A stretch of DNA of 64,000 nucleotides from Poseidonia sp. (lineage in GTDB: Archaea; Thermoplasmatota; Poseidoniia; Poseidoniales; Poseidoniaceae): positions 160,001-224,000 of the forward strand of contig CBFIDD010000001.1 in the NCBI GenBank assembly GCA_965661285.1, read 5' to 3'. Shown here one piece after another: positions 27,941-38,487 of the stretch; the first letter of the stretch is position 1; each line of letters begins with the position of its first letter. The notes under the pieces were generated by a model. It had not been told where the DNA came from, searched no databases, and saw only the letters and a list, made by a program, of their open reading frames with translations. Both the position numbers and the translations under genes were made by a program.

Positions 27941-29944
27941 CTAATCCTCGATGGAAAACATCTGGAGAATATCGCCAAAGAGCGACTTGGCTTCCCCTGA
28001 ACTCTTCTCAACCAGTCGCTTCACAATCAATTCAGGCGTGGAACGAGCGAGATGATTGCGCTTTGGTGTGCGGTCCACAAGCAATTCGAGGTCCTCACCC
28101 AGACCGCTCGCTTCAATGCCATCGACGCGCAGGTCCTCACGACCCGTTGCGGCAAGGATGGCCGGTGCAAGATGGGTGACCAGCAACATCGTGGTGTCGT
28201 TTTGGGCTTCTGCGGCCAAGAGCATGCCCGCAATGATACGAGCCCCTGCTCCAGGTTCGGTAATGGCCTCCAATTCGTCAGCGAGAATGAGTTTCGGCGT
28301 GGGGTCGCTGACCACGGTGGCCAACTCCACGAGGGTCTGCTCAAGGGCACCAGCACTCTGTGTCCCACCTGCTTTGGCCAGAATGTGAAGGGCTTCCACC
28401 TTCCCAATACGGGCCTTTGTTGCCGGTACGGGCAGCCCCATATGACCGAGAATGCAGGCAAAGGCCAGACATTCGAGGAGCGTGGTTTTTCCTCCTGAGT
28501 TCGCTCCGGTAAGAAGAGCCAATGATTGCTGGTCTTCTTTGATCGCCGCAGCCCCGAGTCCGTAGGTGACCGGGTCGGGTTCCATGCCGAGGAGAACGTG
28601 CCGGCCTTCTTCCAGCCAAATGCCGTGGCCCACGAGCTCTGGCATCACGCAGCGGTCGTGTTGCGCCCAACGAGCAAGCGAAAGCCACTGATCAGCCTCG
28701 ATCAATCGGCTCACAGCGTGTTCACAAGGCGCCTTCAGCGGCCCAAGTTGCCGTGCAAGGCTGACCAGATGGTCGGTTTTTTCTGCCTTCAATTTGGATT
28801 CAAGAGCAGCATCGATCCCATCGATGGTCTGCCGGTCAATTTTCGCAGGCCAGGTATCGGTGAACACGTCGAAAGGACAGCGGAGGCTGGCGGGCTGAAG
28901 GAAGGCGGCCAGTTGCTCGCGTGCCTGTTGCATGGCTTCTTGGATAACGTGCCCGGTCGCATCGCGAAGTTTGCGCTGGAACGCCGTTCCATCGGCCAGT
29001 GCTTCGAGTAATTCTGCTCCAGAAAGCGCCATCTTGGCGTCGTTCATCGCGTTTTCCACTTGCTGGTTCACGTCTTCTTCCAGTTGCTTGACCAGACCCC
29101 AAAGCTCGTCCTTGATGCGGGCGACCTCTTCGATTTGCGAAGCATCGCCGAGCATGGACATGACCTCGGGCAGCGATGCAAGCGGGGCGAGGGCGGTGCG
29201 AAGTTCATCCAGCGATGCGTTCTCGGGAAACCGGCCGGCCTTGATGGCGTCAACGGCCTCGCAGATCACATCCAGCGTCTTTCGATTGTGCGTGAACCAA
29301 TCGATGGTCCGTTCCGGGAGGATCATGGACGCATCGGGTGAAGAGCCCAACACCAACCATCCGTCCGGCGCCTCCATGGGCGCACCGGGGCCGAGCCAAG
29401 AGACGGTTTTGAACACGGTGTAGTCCTTCCATGTCTCCTGCTTGGTCGGCTGAAGGACACGGCAATATCGCTTGAGGTGTTCGAGCGGTTCAGGTGAAAC
29501 GACCACCCGCTCGTAGCGTTCTTGCTTTTCCTTCAATCGACCGAGGTCTTTCCATGCTGTTCGTTGCTCTTCAAGCCAATCAGCGTCAAGGTTCATGGCG
29601 GCTTCCACCAAGCGACGACGGGGTTCGGGGTCCGCTACCGGCATGAGCAAGCCCATCCGCTCTTTCGTAGCGGGGCAGGCCGCAAATGACTGGATTCTGG
29701 TCAAGAGTTGCTGGTGCAGTTTTTTCGCTTCCTTCGTTGCGAGAAACGAGCCTTCTCCACCGGCATAAAAACGAGCGAGTGACAGCGCACGTTTCACCGA
29801 TAGACCGTCAACCTCCGCCAGACGACCGACATCGCCGGCGGCAAGGGTAGACACCACCGCTTCTTCGGACCCAAAATGGTCCGTCATTTTCGACGCCATG
29901 CGCTCACTCACACCGGGCAGGGAGGTCAAAACCATGGGCACCAT
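27941..29944 (-). CDS. Archaeal MutS-related ATPase with N-terminal helix-hairpin-helix domain
   Basis: LPGVS and VDGLS HhH motifs; LTGANSGGKTT; DELEAITEPGAG; VTH; start may be 29935. Confidence 0.88.
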   Translation of the reverse strand: MVPMVLTSLPGVSERMASKMTDHFGSEEAVVSTLAAGDVGRLAEVDGLSVKRALSLARFYAGGEGSFLATKEAKKLHQQLLTRIQSFAACPATKERMGLLMPVADPEPRRRLVEAAMNLDADWLEEQRTAWKDLGRLKEKQERYERVVVSPEPLEHLKRYCRVLQPTKQETWKDYTVFKTVSWLGPGAPMEAPDGWLVLGSSPDASMILPERTIDWFTHNRKTLDVICEAVDAIKAGRFPENASLDELRTALAPLASLPEVMSMLGDASQIEEVARIKDELWGLVKQLEEDVNQQVENAMNDAKMALSGAELLEALADGTAFQRKLRDATGHVIQEAMQQAREQLAAFLQPASLRCPFDVFTDTWPAKIDRQTIDGIDAALESKLKAEKTDHLVSLARQLGPLKAPCEHAVSRLIEADQWLSLARWAQHDRCVMPELVGHGIWLEEGRHVLLGMEPDPVTYGLGAAAIKEDQQSLALLTGANSGGKTTLLECLAFACILGHMGLPVPATKARIGKVEALHILAKAGGTQSAGALEQTLVELATVVSDPTPKLILADELEAITEPGAGARIIAGMLLAAEAQNDTTMLLVTHLAPAILAATGREDLRVDGIEASGLGEDLELLVDRTPKRNHLARSTPELIVKRLVEKSSGEAKSLFGDILQMFSIED

Positions 29945-30076
29945 CGTTTGTCAATGGCTTAAGAGGATGACGCTGGGGGTGCGGCCATTCGTTTAGAAAA
30001 CACGCCCGAGAACCTCGTTCGCCTATTGAGACTCTACAGGGAAGGTCGGTTATGGAGTGGCCCAACGTTAGGCCAC

Positions 30077-30346
30077 ATGGGAATACTACGTAAAGAGAAA
30101 ACGCGCTCAGAAGCGCCAAGTTACGACCGCACGTGGGTCGAGATTGAGTCCTTGCTCGATCAGGCCATACAGGAAATGAAGACACAGGAAAGCAAGTACA
30201 AACGAAGAAAATTAACTGGGCCAAAAGCCGACAAAATGCGGGCTCTCATGAAGTACACACGAGCAAAGGCCGTTGTGGATTCCTTGCGTTGGACCATCGG
30301 TGTGCGGGGTCAACTCTCGCCGCTCGAGGAACCGCTGCAATCGTGA
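30077..30346 (+). CDS. Small basic helical hypothetical protein
   Basis: Fills the gap between genes; ATG 30077; KAVVDSLRWTIG..SPL motif. Confidence 0.65.
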   Translation: MGILRKEKTRSEAPSYDRTWVEIESLLDQAIQEMKTQESKYKRRKLTGPKADKMRALMKYTRAKAVVDSLRWTIGVRGQLSPLEEPLQS

Positions 30347-30348
30347 AC

Positions 30349-32154
30349 TTAGCACACGCGCTGTCCGTCACCGCCATACTCGAGCATGGGTGCTTGGAAC
30401 AGGTCATCACAGGTTCGTTTCACCAGCGGTAGCGTCAGTGTGGAGTCCGCCCAGTTGATGGAATAACCACCTGCCGCTCCGGGCGACGGAACGTAATCCC
30501 GACCGGTTTGTGACATCGTGATGACGATGGTTTCTCCTTCTTCGAGGAAGATGTCCATGGCCATGAACTCCATTTTTCCGAGGACCGTCTCAAAGCCCAG
30601 GAGCACTTCTTGACCGTCTCGGCCACCATCGTGGAAGCGGAAATCCATCACGGCATGTCCCAGACGGAGACCGTTGCCATCGCTCATCTCGAGGTAGCCG
30701 TGGGCGCCGTTGGTGGTGTGGGGTGTGACTGCGATGTGGAAGGTGGGCATGCCTGCGATGTAGACGTCTTCTTCAAACGGCCCGTAGGTCATGGTGATGG
30801 TTTCGGTGGTGGTGACCATCGAGGCACCCGATGGGTTGAGGTCGGCAGCAGGGATTTCGAGGTATTCGGTGTCCGGCGCTGGATAGGTGGTTTCAAATCG
30901 CCAGCCGCCACGGTTGTCTTGCATCTCAACCCCCAGGGTTGGTGCTCGTCCTTCTCCCTTGAGGTACCAGTCAAACCAGTAGAGCATCTCATCAGCCCAG
31001 TCCCACCTCAAGGTGTAAGGGTAAGCCTCCAAACCTTCACCGCTTGGCAGAGCGCTGTGGCCTGACTTGCGGTCGGGATAGTCGTGGGCCCATTGGCCTG
31101 CGAGGGTTTTGATTTCAATGCCCGCTTCTTCGACGATCTGATGGGTAGGGAAGGACATGTGCGGATCGACGTTCCAATCCTGCATGCCCTGAATGATGTA
31201 GACCGAACCGTTGTAGTTCTCAATCACACGGTCAAGGAACGACCGCTCGGTCCAGTAGTCGTTCCCGGCGTACGTCACCATGCCACCGGAGAGATAGGCT
31301 GCTGGCCCGTTCACGTAGCCTTCCAGATATCCTTCGCATAGGGTGTGAGCGTCCTCGGTATCACCGTCGATACCAAAGGAGCCGTAGACGCCGTTGTGCA
31401 TGATCATCCCTCGTGCTTCCATGCTCCCGTTTCGCCACATCAGCTCGTGGACACCGATGAGGCCGGACATGGGCACGATGGTGGCGAGGTGAGGATTGCC
31501 AAAGGTGGCCGCTTGCCATGGAGTTGAACCGTCGTAGGATTTTCCGATCATACCGACCTTGCCGTTGGACCATGGTTGGGTACCAAGCCACGAAACTGCG
31601 GCGTCGATGCCCCGTTGTTCATCGGTGCCCATCAGGTCCATGCAGTGATTGGATTCACCGGTTCCAAACACCGATACTTGGGCCACACCGTAGCCGTGCG
31701 GCACGTAGTTTTCGATTAACATTTTTCCGAGACGATCAGCGGGTGTCAGCGCATCAACATCGCCGTCGTTGTAGTAGGGTCCAACCTCGGCGATGACGGG
31801 GACGTGACATGACGGGTCAAGCGATTCACTTTCCCAATCGCACCCTTCGATGACCGGCAACCACAGCCCGAGGTGAACGGTGGCGTCACCGGTCAAGCCT
31901 GCACCACCGTCGGCCGCAGTGATGCTGGGGACGGGAACATACACCGAACGCACGGCGTCGATGGCGTACGTACCGTTCACGGAAACGCGGGCGTAGATAT
32001 CCTGGTCATCGTACTGAAGGTCGGCCCTGTCCCAAGGTTCGGGATAGGCATCATCGCCTTTGGGCAGTTCCTCAACGACCTCGGTCTCCCCAAAACAACC
32101 GGCGAGCATGCTCGTTGAAAAGAGCAGCACGACCATGAGAGGTTTCAGGTCCAT
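30349..32154 (-). CDS. CocE/NonD (S15, Xaa-Pro dipeptidyl-peptidase-like) hydrolase lipoprotein
   Basis: Lipobox LAGC; [15 protein letters not shown] nucleophile motif; DWNV; GQWAH. Confidence 0.9.
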   Translation of the reverse strand: MDLKPLMVVLLFSTSMLAGCFGETEVVEELPKGDDAYPEPWDRADLQYDDQDIYARVSVNGTYAIDAVRSVYVPVPSITAADGGAGLTGDATVHLGLWLPVIEGCDWESESLDPSCHVPVIAEVGPYYNDGDVDALTPADRLGKMLIENYVPHGYGVAQVSVFGTGESNHCMDLMGTDEQRGIDAAVSWLGTQPWSNGKVGMIGKSYDGSTPWQAATFGNPHLATIVPMSGLIGVHELMWRNGSMEARGMIMHNGVYGSFGIDGDTEDAHTLCEGYLEGYVNGPAAYLSGGMVTYAGNDYWTERSFLDRVIENYNGSVYIIQGMQDWNVDPHMSFPTHQIVEEAGIEIKTLAGQWAHDYPDRKSGHSALPSGEGLEAYPYTLRWDWADEMLYWFDWYLKGEGRAPTLGVEMQDNRGGWRFETTYPAPDTEYLEIPAADLNPSGASMVTTTETITMTYGPFEEDVYIAGMPTFHIAVTPHTTNGAHGYLEMSDGNGLRLGHAVMDFRFHDGGRDGQEVLLGFETVLGKMEFMAMDIFLEEGETIVITMSQTGRDYVPSPGAAGGYSINWADSTLTLPLVKRTCDDLFQAPMLEYGGDGQRVC

Positions 32155-32205
32155 GATGCATCGGGCGCGTGGCATAAACTTGAACCAATCGGAGCGCTGT
32201 TCCCA

Positions 32206-32586
32206 TCACTCGTCCTTGTTTTCTACGACTTCTTTGGCGGTCATCTCTGCCCGAACCTCGTCCATGTCAAGGCCCTGGAGTTGCTGCACGAGGTCGCGCA
32301 GTGCGGCTTCAGGAAGGGCGCCGGGTTGCATGAACACGCCGATGCCTTCCTTGAACGCAATGGTTGTGGGAATGGAACGGATGCCGAACATACCAGCGAG
32401 TGCCTGTTGTTCCTCGGTGTCAATTTTCCCGAACACCACATCTGGGAATTCTTCGGAAACTCGTTCGTATACCGGACCGTAGGCTTTGCACGGACCACAC
32501 CATTCCGCCCAAAAATCAAGGATGACAAGTGGGTTGTTTTCAATGGTCTCGGCGAAGGTGGGTTCGCTGATGTCGAGTGTGGCCAT
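32206..32586 (-). CDS. trxA: Thioredoxin
   Basis: DFWAEWCGPCK; IRSIPT; start re-called at 32586. Confidence 0.95.
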   Translation of the reverse strand: MATLDISEPTFAETIENNPLVILDFWAEWCGPCKAYGPVYERVSEEFPDVVFGKIDTEEQQALAGMFGIRSIPTTIAFKEGIGVFMQPGALPEAALRDLVQQLQGLDMDEVRAEMTAKEVVENKDE

Positions 32587-32678
32587 GCGTGCACCCTCAA
32601 CTCCACCCTTCTTGAAGGCATGTGATGGGGTAGCGGCGTAACAGGCGCTCTTATGTGCTGTGATACCATCCATGGAAT

Positions 32679-35216
32679 ATGCGCCGACGACTCGCCCTCG
32701 GTCTTCTCCTCGTGGTGCTGTTTCTGGGCCAGAGTGTTGGCCCTGTTCTCTCGGAAGCAAGCGAAAGCGCCAGCGCTGCAGGGGCCCGAGACGCCACGAA
32801 TGTTCGTATCAGCGAAATTCTCGTTTCGGCGAGTTCCGAAGACTACAACGGCACGGATTGGAACAACGACGGCGACATCGGTTCAACCTCCGACCAATTT
32901 ATCGAATTGTGGAACGCCGGTGACGAGCCTGTTGATGTCTCCGACTGGCTGCTTGACGACATCACCGAAGGTGGCTCTGGCCCCTGTCGTCTAGCGTGGA
33001 ACACCACCATCGAGCCCAACGCTTACATCGTCATCTTCAGAGAGAGTTCGAGAATTGAACTGGATTACTGGGACGGCGACACGGCGACCATTTCAGACAG
33101 TTCTGGCAACCTCATCGACTCGCTCTCCTATCCCGGAGAGGACTCGAGGTGGGACACCTCGTACGCCAAGGCCCTCGATGGTACAGTCTCCAAGGTCGAC
33201 CCGCCCACACCGGGCTGGGGCAACGGGGAAACCTACGCCGTGGCCCAAAACATGGTGCGCTGCTACGGACTGAACGACAACGTCCATGAAGGCGCCTACG
33301 TGCTGAAAGGCCGAATTGTGCCCATGACCGGCGAGGCTGACGTCATCAACGAAGGCCACATTCTGGTGAAGGACGGGATGATCGAGGCTGTCTGGGAAAA
33401 CGAAGTCCCGTCCGACATCCAACTGACCAACGTGCCCGTGTTGGAAACCAACGGCACGATTTACCCGGGCCTGCTCGACCTTCACAACCACCTGCACTAC
33501 AACCAGGCGCCACTGTGGGACATGACCCCTCACCTCCCTGAGAACAATCGAAACCAGTGGTCCGGCTACAACAACCGCTACGAATGGAAAAACCACCCGG
33601 ATTACAGCGAACAAGTTACCAAACCGAAGATGTTGGTTCACTCGGGGCCTTATTGGAACATGGAATCGCAAGCGATGAAGTACATCGAAATGAAATCCCT
33701 CGTGGGTGGAGCAACCGCTGCACAAGGCGGCCCCAGCAACCCCGAAGACAGCTACACCACCGTCCTGTCGAGGAACATCGAAGACTACAACTTCGGCAGG
33801 GATGAAATTCACACCAAGGTCACCGAACTGACGTCGGACTATGTGGGCAACCACATCAAGACAGGCAACGCCAGTGGCGAACTCGACGCGTGGTTCATCC
33901 ATATCGCAGAAGGCGTGGACGAGCGAAGCCGCGGTGAATTTGACATTCTTGTACAAAACAATCTCCTGGTGGGAGAATTGGTCTTGATACACGGGGTGGC
34001 GCTTGGCCAACAAGAATTCACCCAAATGGCGAACGTTGGTGCCACGCTCGTGTGGTCCCCGCTTTCCAACCTCCTGCTGTACGGTCAAACCGCCGATGTT
34101 GCGGCCGCCAAAGCCGCTGGCGTTCACATCACGCTGGCACCGGATTGGGCGCCCTCGGGCTCAAAATCACCGCTCCACGAACTGAAGGTGGCAGACCTGT
34201 GGGACGACGAGATGCTCGGAGATATTTTCACCGATTACGAGCTGGTCGAGATGGTCACATCAGGTGCGGCCATCGCCACCAACTGGGACAACGAGGTCGG
34301 GACGCTTGAAGCGGGCAAGGCTGCCGATTTGGTCGTGGTTGACAACATCGACGCCAACCCCTACCGCAACCTCATCAACGCCATCGACCCGGATGTCCGC
34401 CTCACGGTGGTTGGCGGACTGGCAGTATACGGAGATGAAGACCTGATGGCGGGACTGAAAGGCGACGACATTGAACCCGCAGGGAAGTTCGGAAAAGCCG
34501 TTGATGTGACCTATCTCGCCGCACCGGATGGCGCTCAAACCTGGAGCAGCATCGTTGAGAACCTCACCATGGCCATGCGATTTGACATGGAGGAAATGAG
34601 AGCGGCCTTCGGCGACGCAAGCGACTTTGACAGCGTTACCAGAGACATGGGCAACGTTGGCTTGGACCCGTGGTATACCTACGGTGATGAGCGCTACTTC
34701 AACGTCCTCAACAATTCAGGAACGGCCAACAATCAGTGGGACATGTCCTTGCTCTACGACCGATATTACGACCGAGCGGAGACGCTGGATGCGGTCACCG
34801 AATTCGAAGTGGTCGAAGCCTCTGAACCGGAACCGTGTGAAGATGGCTCGCAACCACCCTGCGAAACCGACAACACGGGCGACAACGGCAATGACAACAC
34901 AGGAAACACCGGGGCTGACAACACCGGAAACACCGGGACCGACAACACCGGAAATACGGGCGAAACCCTGAACCCGGTCGACACGACACAGGCTGAGGAA
35001 GAAAACGTCGAGCGACAAGCGCTCCTTCTCTTCGTTGGCATCATCGTCGTTCTCCTCGTCGCCTTGTATGTTGTCTCCCGTGGTGGCGAAGACGCGCTGG
35101 CCGCTGAGGTGCAAATAGAGAAGATGTGGGACGAGCAAGAAGCATCCGCTTCAAGCATGAACGCCTTTGTCCCTGCTCTTCCACCGATGTCGCCACCGGC
35201 CGATGAAGACGAATGA
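32679..35216 (+). CDS. Secreted, C-terminally anchored lamin-tail-domain plus amidohydrolase (deaminase-like) protein
   Basis: Signal peptide; ISEI..FIELWN..DVSDW.LDD (lamin tail domain); PGLLDLHNH, HIAEG, IHG, PDW, GKAADLVV; C-terminal TM. Confidence 0.85.
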   Translation: MRRRLALGLLLVVLFLGQSVGPVLSEASESASAAGARDATNVRISEILVSASSEDYNGTDWNNDGDIGSTSDQFIELWNAGDEPVDVSDWLLDDITEGGSGPCRLAWNTTIEPNAYIVIFRESSRIELDYWDGDTATISDSSGNLIDSLSYPGEDSRWDTSYAKALDGTVSKVDPPTPGWGNGETYAVAQNMVRCYGLNDNVHEGAYVLKGRIVPMTGEADVINEGHILVKDGMIEAVWENEVPSDIQLTNVPVLETNGTIYPGLLDLHNHLHYNQAPLWDMTPHLPENNRNQWSGYNNRYEWKNHPDYSEQVTKPKMLVHSGPYWNMESQAMKYIEMKSLVGGATAAQGGPSNPEDSYTTVLSRNIEDYNFGRDEIHTKVTELTSDYVGNHIKTGNASGELDAWFIHIAEGVDERSRGEFDILVQNNLLVGELVLIHGVALGQQEFTQMANVGATLVWSPLSNLLLYGQTADVAAAKAAGVHITLAPDWAPSGSKSPLHELKVADLWDDEMLGDIFTDYELVEMVTSGAAIATNWDNEVGTLEAGKAADLVVVDNIDANPYRNLINAIDPDVRLTVVGGLAVYGDEDLMAGLKGDDIEPAGKFGKAVDVTYLAAPDGAQTWSSIVENLTMAMRFDMEEMRAAFGDASDFDSVTRDMGNVGLDPWYTYGDERYFNVLNNSGTANNQWDMSLLYDRYYDRAETLDAVTEFEVVEASEPEPCEDGSQPPCETDNTGDNGNDNTGNTGADNTGNTGTDNTGNTGETLNPVDTTQAEEENVERQALLLFVGIIVVLLVALYVVSRGGEDALAAEVQIEKMWDEQEASASSMNAFVPALPPMSPPADEDE
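34893..34964 (+). repeat. Three tandem 24-nt coding repeats (DNTGNTGx linker)
   Basis: GACAACACmGGAAAyACsGG units at 34893, 34917 and 34941. Confidence 0.85.
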
Positions 35217-36713
35217 TCACACCAGGTCCCATTCGGGCCCGCTGGCCGTGTCGGTCACGACGACCCCCAAGTCGTTGAGTTGGTCTCGAATCGTGTCAGC
35301 AAGCCCCCAGTCTTTGTTGGCTCGTGCTTCGCTACGTTGGCGCAGCAGCGCCTCGACCTCGTCGGCGATTTCCGCTTTTCTCGGGTCCTCCTCCGGTTCT
35401 GCCAGGGCCACGTCTTGCACAGGCAACACACCCAACACGCGCCCGGCCGTTTCCTCCAAGAGGTCAACGGCATAGTGGGCGAAGGCGTTTCGGTCGGCCG
35501 CCTCCATGTAGGTGGCGAGAACTTTCGTGATTTCTCGAACCATTCCCAGGACCTTGGCTACGGCCTCTCGGGAATTGAAGTCATCATCCATCGCTTTGGC
35601 GAAGCCTTCGCCCATTTTCTCAAGCAGGCCAAGCGACGTTGCCAGCGGCATGGGTGAAGCGAGGTCGGGCGTTGGCAACGCCACGGGGGAGGGGTGCTCC
35701 ATCGCTTTGAGACAGGCGACATAACACGCCAAAAGGCGGTTGTAGTTTCGCTCGGCATCGTTGAGCAAGGCTTCGTTCATGTCGATCGGCGAACGGTAGT
35801 GAGCGTTGATGAGGGCGAATCGCAACACCATGGCGTCGACTTTGCTCAAAATGTCGCGAATGGTCCAAAAATTACCCAAGGACTTGCTCATCTTCTCTCC
35901 GTCGATGTTCACAAAGCCGTTGTGGAGCCAGTGATGAACGACGGGGGAATGTCCGGTGTGGCATTCGCCCTGACAGATTTCCGCTTCATGATGAGGGAAC
36001 CGCAGATCGTGGCCGCCACCGTGGATGTCAAACTCCTTGCCGAAGTAGTCCATTGACATGGCCGTGCACTCGATGTGCCAACCAGGTCTGCCCGGCCCCC
36101 ACGGGGAATCCCATGTGGGTTCGCCTGGCTTCGCCGCCTTCCAAAGGGCGAAATCTTTGTGATCTCGCTTTCCAGAGCCGGTATCGCCAACACGACCCCC
36201 TGCACCTGAACGCACGGCGTCGATGGACTGGCCGGTTAACTGACCGTATTTTTCGGGCGCCGATTCCACATCGAAGTACACGCCATCATCGGCTGCGTAA
36301 GCGTGCTCTTTGTCAATCAGGTCCTGTGTGATTCGTATCATCTCGTCCACATACTCGGTACAGCGGGGGTAATCATCAGCCCGAAGGATGTTTAACGCGT
36401 CCATGTCTTCGTAGTACGATTCGATGTTTTCGTCCACCAACGCTTTCCAATCGCCGCCGATTTCGTTGGCACGATGGATGATTTTGTCGTCGATGTCGGT
36501 GAAATTCTGCACATAGTGCACGTCGTAGCCGCTGGCCTCCAGCCACCGATGAATCAAATCAAAGGCCAAGTAGCAACGAGCGTGGCCCAAGTGGCAGCGG
36601 TCGTAGACCGTCACGCCGCACACGTACATCGACACCTTTCCGGGCTCAAGGGTGGTGAAGTTCACCTTTTCTCGGCGACGCGTGTCGTGCATGCGAATGG
36701 GCATGGGCTTCAC
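35217..36713 (-). CDS. cysS: Cysteine--tRNA ligase
   Basis: YVCGVTVY, HLGH, DFALWK, GRPGWHIEC, FPHHEAE, KMSKS. Confidence 0.97.
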   Translation of the reverse strand: MKPMPIRMHDTRRREKVNFTTLEPGKVSMYVCGVTVYDRCHLGHARCYLAFDLIHRWLEASGYDVHYVQNFTDIDDKIIHRANEIGGDWKALVDENIESYYEDMDALNILRADDYPRCTEYVDEMIRITQDLIDKEHAYAADDGVYFDVESAPEKYGQLTGQSIDAVRSGAGGRVGDTGSGKRDHKDFALWKAAKPGEPTWDSPWGPGRPGWHIECTAMSMDYFGKEFDIHGGGHDLRFPHHEAEICQGECHTGHSPVVHHWLHNGFVNIDGEKMSKSLGNFWTIRDILSKVDAMVLRFALINAHYRSPIDMNEALLNDAERNYNRLLACYVACLKAMEHPSPVALPTPDLASPMPLATSLGLLEKMGEGFAKAMDDDFNSREAVAKVLGMVREITKVLATYMEAADRNAFAHYAVDLLEETAGRVLGVLPVQDVALAEPEEDPRKAEIADEVEALLRQRSEARANKDWGLADTIRDQLNDLGVVVTDTASGPEWDLV

Positions 36714-36772
36714 TTTCGCCTGCGAGGGGTTGCACTTGAAGGTTCATACGGGTCGCGCCGTTCGGCATGCCT

Positions 36773-37792
36773 ATGGAGGCAAAGAACGACCAGCGAATCT
36801 TCGTCACCGGCGTCAACGGCCACATTGGCAACCACATCGTTCGCGATTTATTGGAAAACGGCTACCGTGTCCGAGGCTCGGTCCGCGACCTCAACGACGC
36901 CACAAAAACTGCGCACGTGCTAGCTCACGCTGCCGATTTGGGTCTTGAAGACCGCCTTGAGTTGGTGCAAGGTGATGTGTTGGAAGCCGACGGCTGGCGT
37001 GAGATGCTCAAGGATTGCGACGGATTGTTCCACACCGCCACGGTCTACTCAACACGCGGAACGGCCACGATGATTTTGGACACGGCCAACAAAGGCACGA
37101 TGCATTTGCTCCACGCTGCGGCACAAGCGGGTATCAAGCGCATCGTCTACACCTCGAGCACGGCCGCCGTGGGAACCTCACCAAAAGGGACGACCAAAGA
37201 CGAATCCGTCTGGAACACGGACACTTCACTTCCTTACACCACGGCCAAAACCCAATCGGAACGTCTCGCTTGGGAGTTGACAAAGGAACTCGACCTCGAC
37301 CTCAGGGTCATCAATCCCACCGCTGTGCTTGGTGGTGGCTTCGTCCGACCGACACCCAGCGTGGATTTCTTCCAGGACGCCATCGCCGGAAGTTATCCTG
37401 TGGTGCCCAAGTTCCCCATGTCGGTGGTCCATGTTCGGGACGTTGCGAAAGCCCACCGTCGAGCCTTCGAGGTTGACGAAGCAGAGGGACGCTTCATTTT
37501 GGCACCGCACGCCAACCTGACCCTCGCCACCATCTGCAAGCGCATCCGTACGCTGAACCCGACGACCAAGGCCCCTCGCTACAGTCTTCCAAATGTCCTC
37601 GTGCCACTCGCCGTGTTTCAGGACTGGTTGGGCGGGAAGTTGGGAAGGCAACGCTACCTCACCCGAGCCGTGGCCAAGAACATGATGGGCGGGGACACGG
37701 ATTACTCAAGTGCCAAAGCCGAGAAGGTCCTCGGCATGGACTGGGAGGACTTCGACACATGCATCCAAGATACGGTCGACGTCTTCCTTTGA
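36773..37792 (+). CDS. Extended SDR, dihydroflavonol-reductase-like NAD(P)-dependent oxidoreductase
   Basis: TGVNGHIG, YTSS, YTTAK, VHVRDVA; start 36773 or 36767. Confidence 0.88.
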   Translation: MEAKNDQRIFVTGVNGHIGNHIVRDLLENGYRVRGSVRDLNDATKTAHVLAHAADLGLEDRLELVQGDVLEADGWREMLKDCDGLFHTATVYSTRGTATMILDTANKGTMHLLHAAAQAGIKRIVYTSSTAAVGTSPKGTTKDESVWNTDTSLPYTTAKTQSERLAWELTKELDLDLRVINPTAVLGGGFVRPTPSVDFFQDAIAGSYPVVPKFPMSVVHVRDVAKAHRRAFEVDEAEGRFILAPHANLTLATICKRIRTLNPTTKAPRYSLPNVLVPLAVFQDWLGGKLGRQRYLTRAVAKNMMGGDTDYSSAKAEKVLGMDWEDFDTCIQDTVDVFL

Positions 37793-38463
37793 CCCACGAC
37801 CAAGGCTTGCTCGCAGCCCGAGGCAGCTACCTCGTGCCCACCGCCACCATCCTCGCCTCCATGCTGTTGCATCAACTCGCTGGACCTCGTGCGGTCCCGT
37901 TTTTCATTTCCGAAGCCGACGCCACCGGTGCGGACGGCGTCGTGTTTACCGTTGGTCTGACCCTCGGTGGTATGGCTCAAATGACCTATGCGTGGCATCT
38001 TTACCACACACTCGAGGCGGAACGTCCGCTTCTTTGGTTCGTGGCCACCCTGACCGGTCTGTTGGCGTCGTTGAATTCGATTCTGGTCAGCCATTACGAC
38101 ATGTATAACCACATCAACCCGCACATCCTCACGGCGATGCTTGCCTTTGGAGGCGGCGTTGTCTGGGCCTTGCTCGCCAGCATCGCCCTCGGGACGCATG
38201 CCAGTTCTGCGGGACAACGCATGCGGCGAATCGGTTTTGGCATGGCTGCCACGGGTTTTGTGGTCATGATCGTGGCCTTCCAAACGGCCGCCAACACCGT
38301 TGACCCCACCGGCCTGACAACGATTGAATTTCTCAACCAGGCGCAAGACGGTATCCGCATCGCTGCACCTGCAGAATACATCTTGGTCGCAGGTCTGATG
38401 CTTTGTTTGGCCTCCTTTCACCATGAACTCTCTGCAGCAAAGAAAACAGCACAAGAGATTTAA
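37789..38463 (+). CDS. Multi-pass membrane protein, Frag1/DRAM/Sfk1-like
   Basis: About 6 TM; PFFISE, H..A..AF, AEY motifs; TTG start overlapping upstream TGA. Confidence 0.65.
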   Translation: MTHDQGLLAARGSYLVPTATILASMLLHQLAGPRAVPFFISEADATGADGVVFTVGLTLGGMAQMTYAWHLYHTLEAERPLLWFVATLTGLLASLNSILVSHYDMYNHINPHILTAMLAFGGGVVWALLASIALGTHASSAGQRMRRIGFGMAATGFVVMIVAFQTAANTVDPTGLTTIEFLNQAQDGIRIAAPAEYILVAGLMLCLASFHHELSAAKKTAQEI

Positions 38464-38487
38464 TCCTCCGGAGAGCACCTTGTTCGT

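Noticed and set aside
34861-34964. Short direct repeats as a possible CRISPR array
   Set aside because: In-frame tandem coding repeats with no spacers and no cas genes
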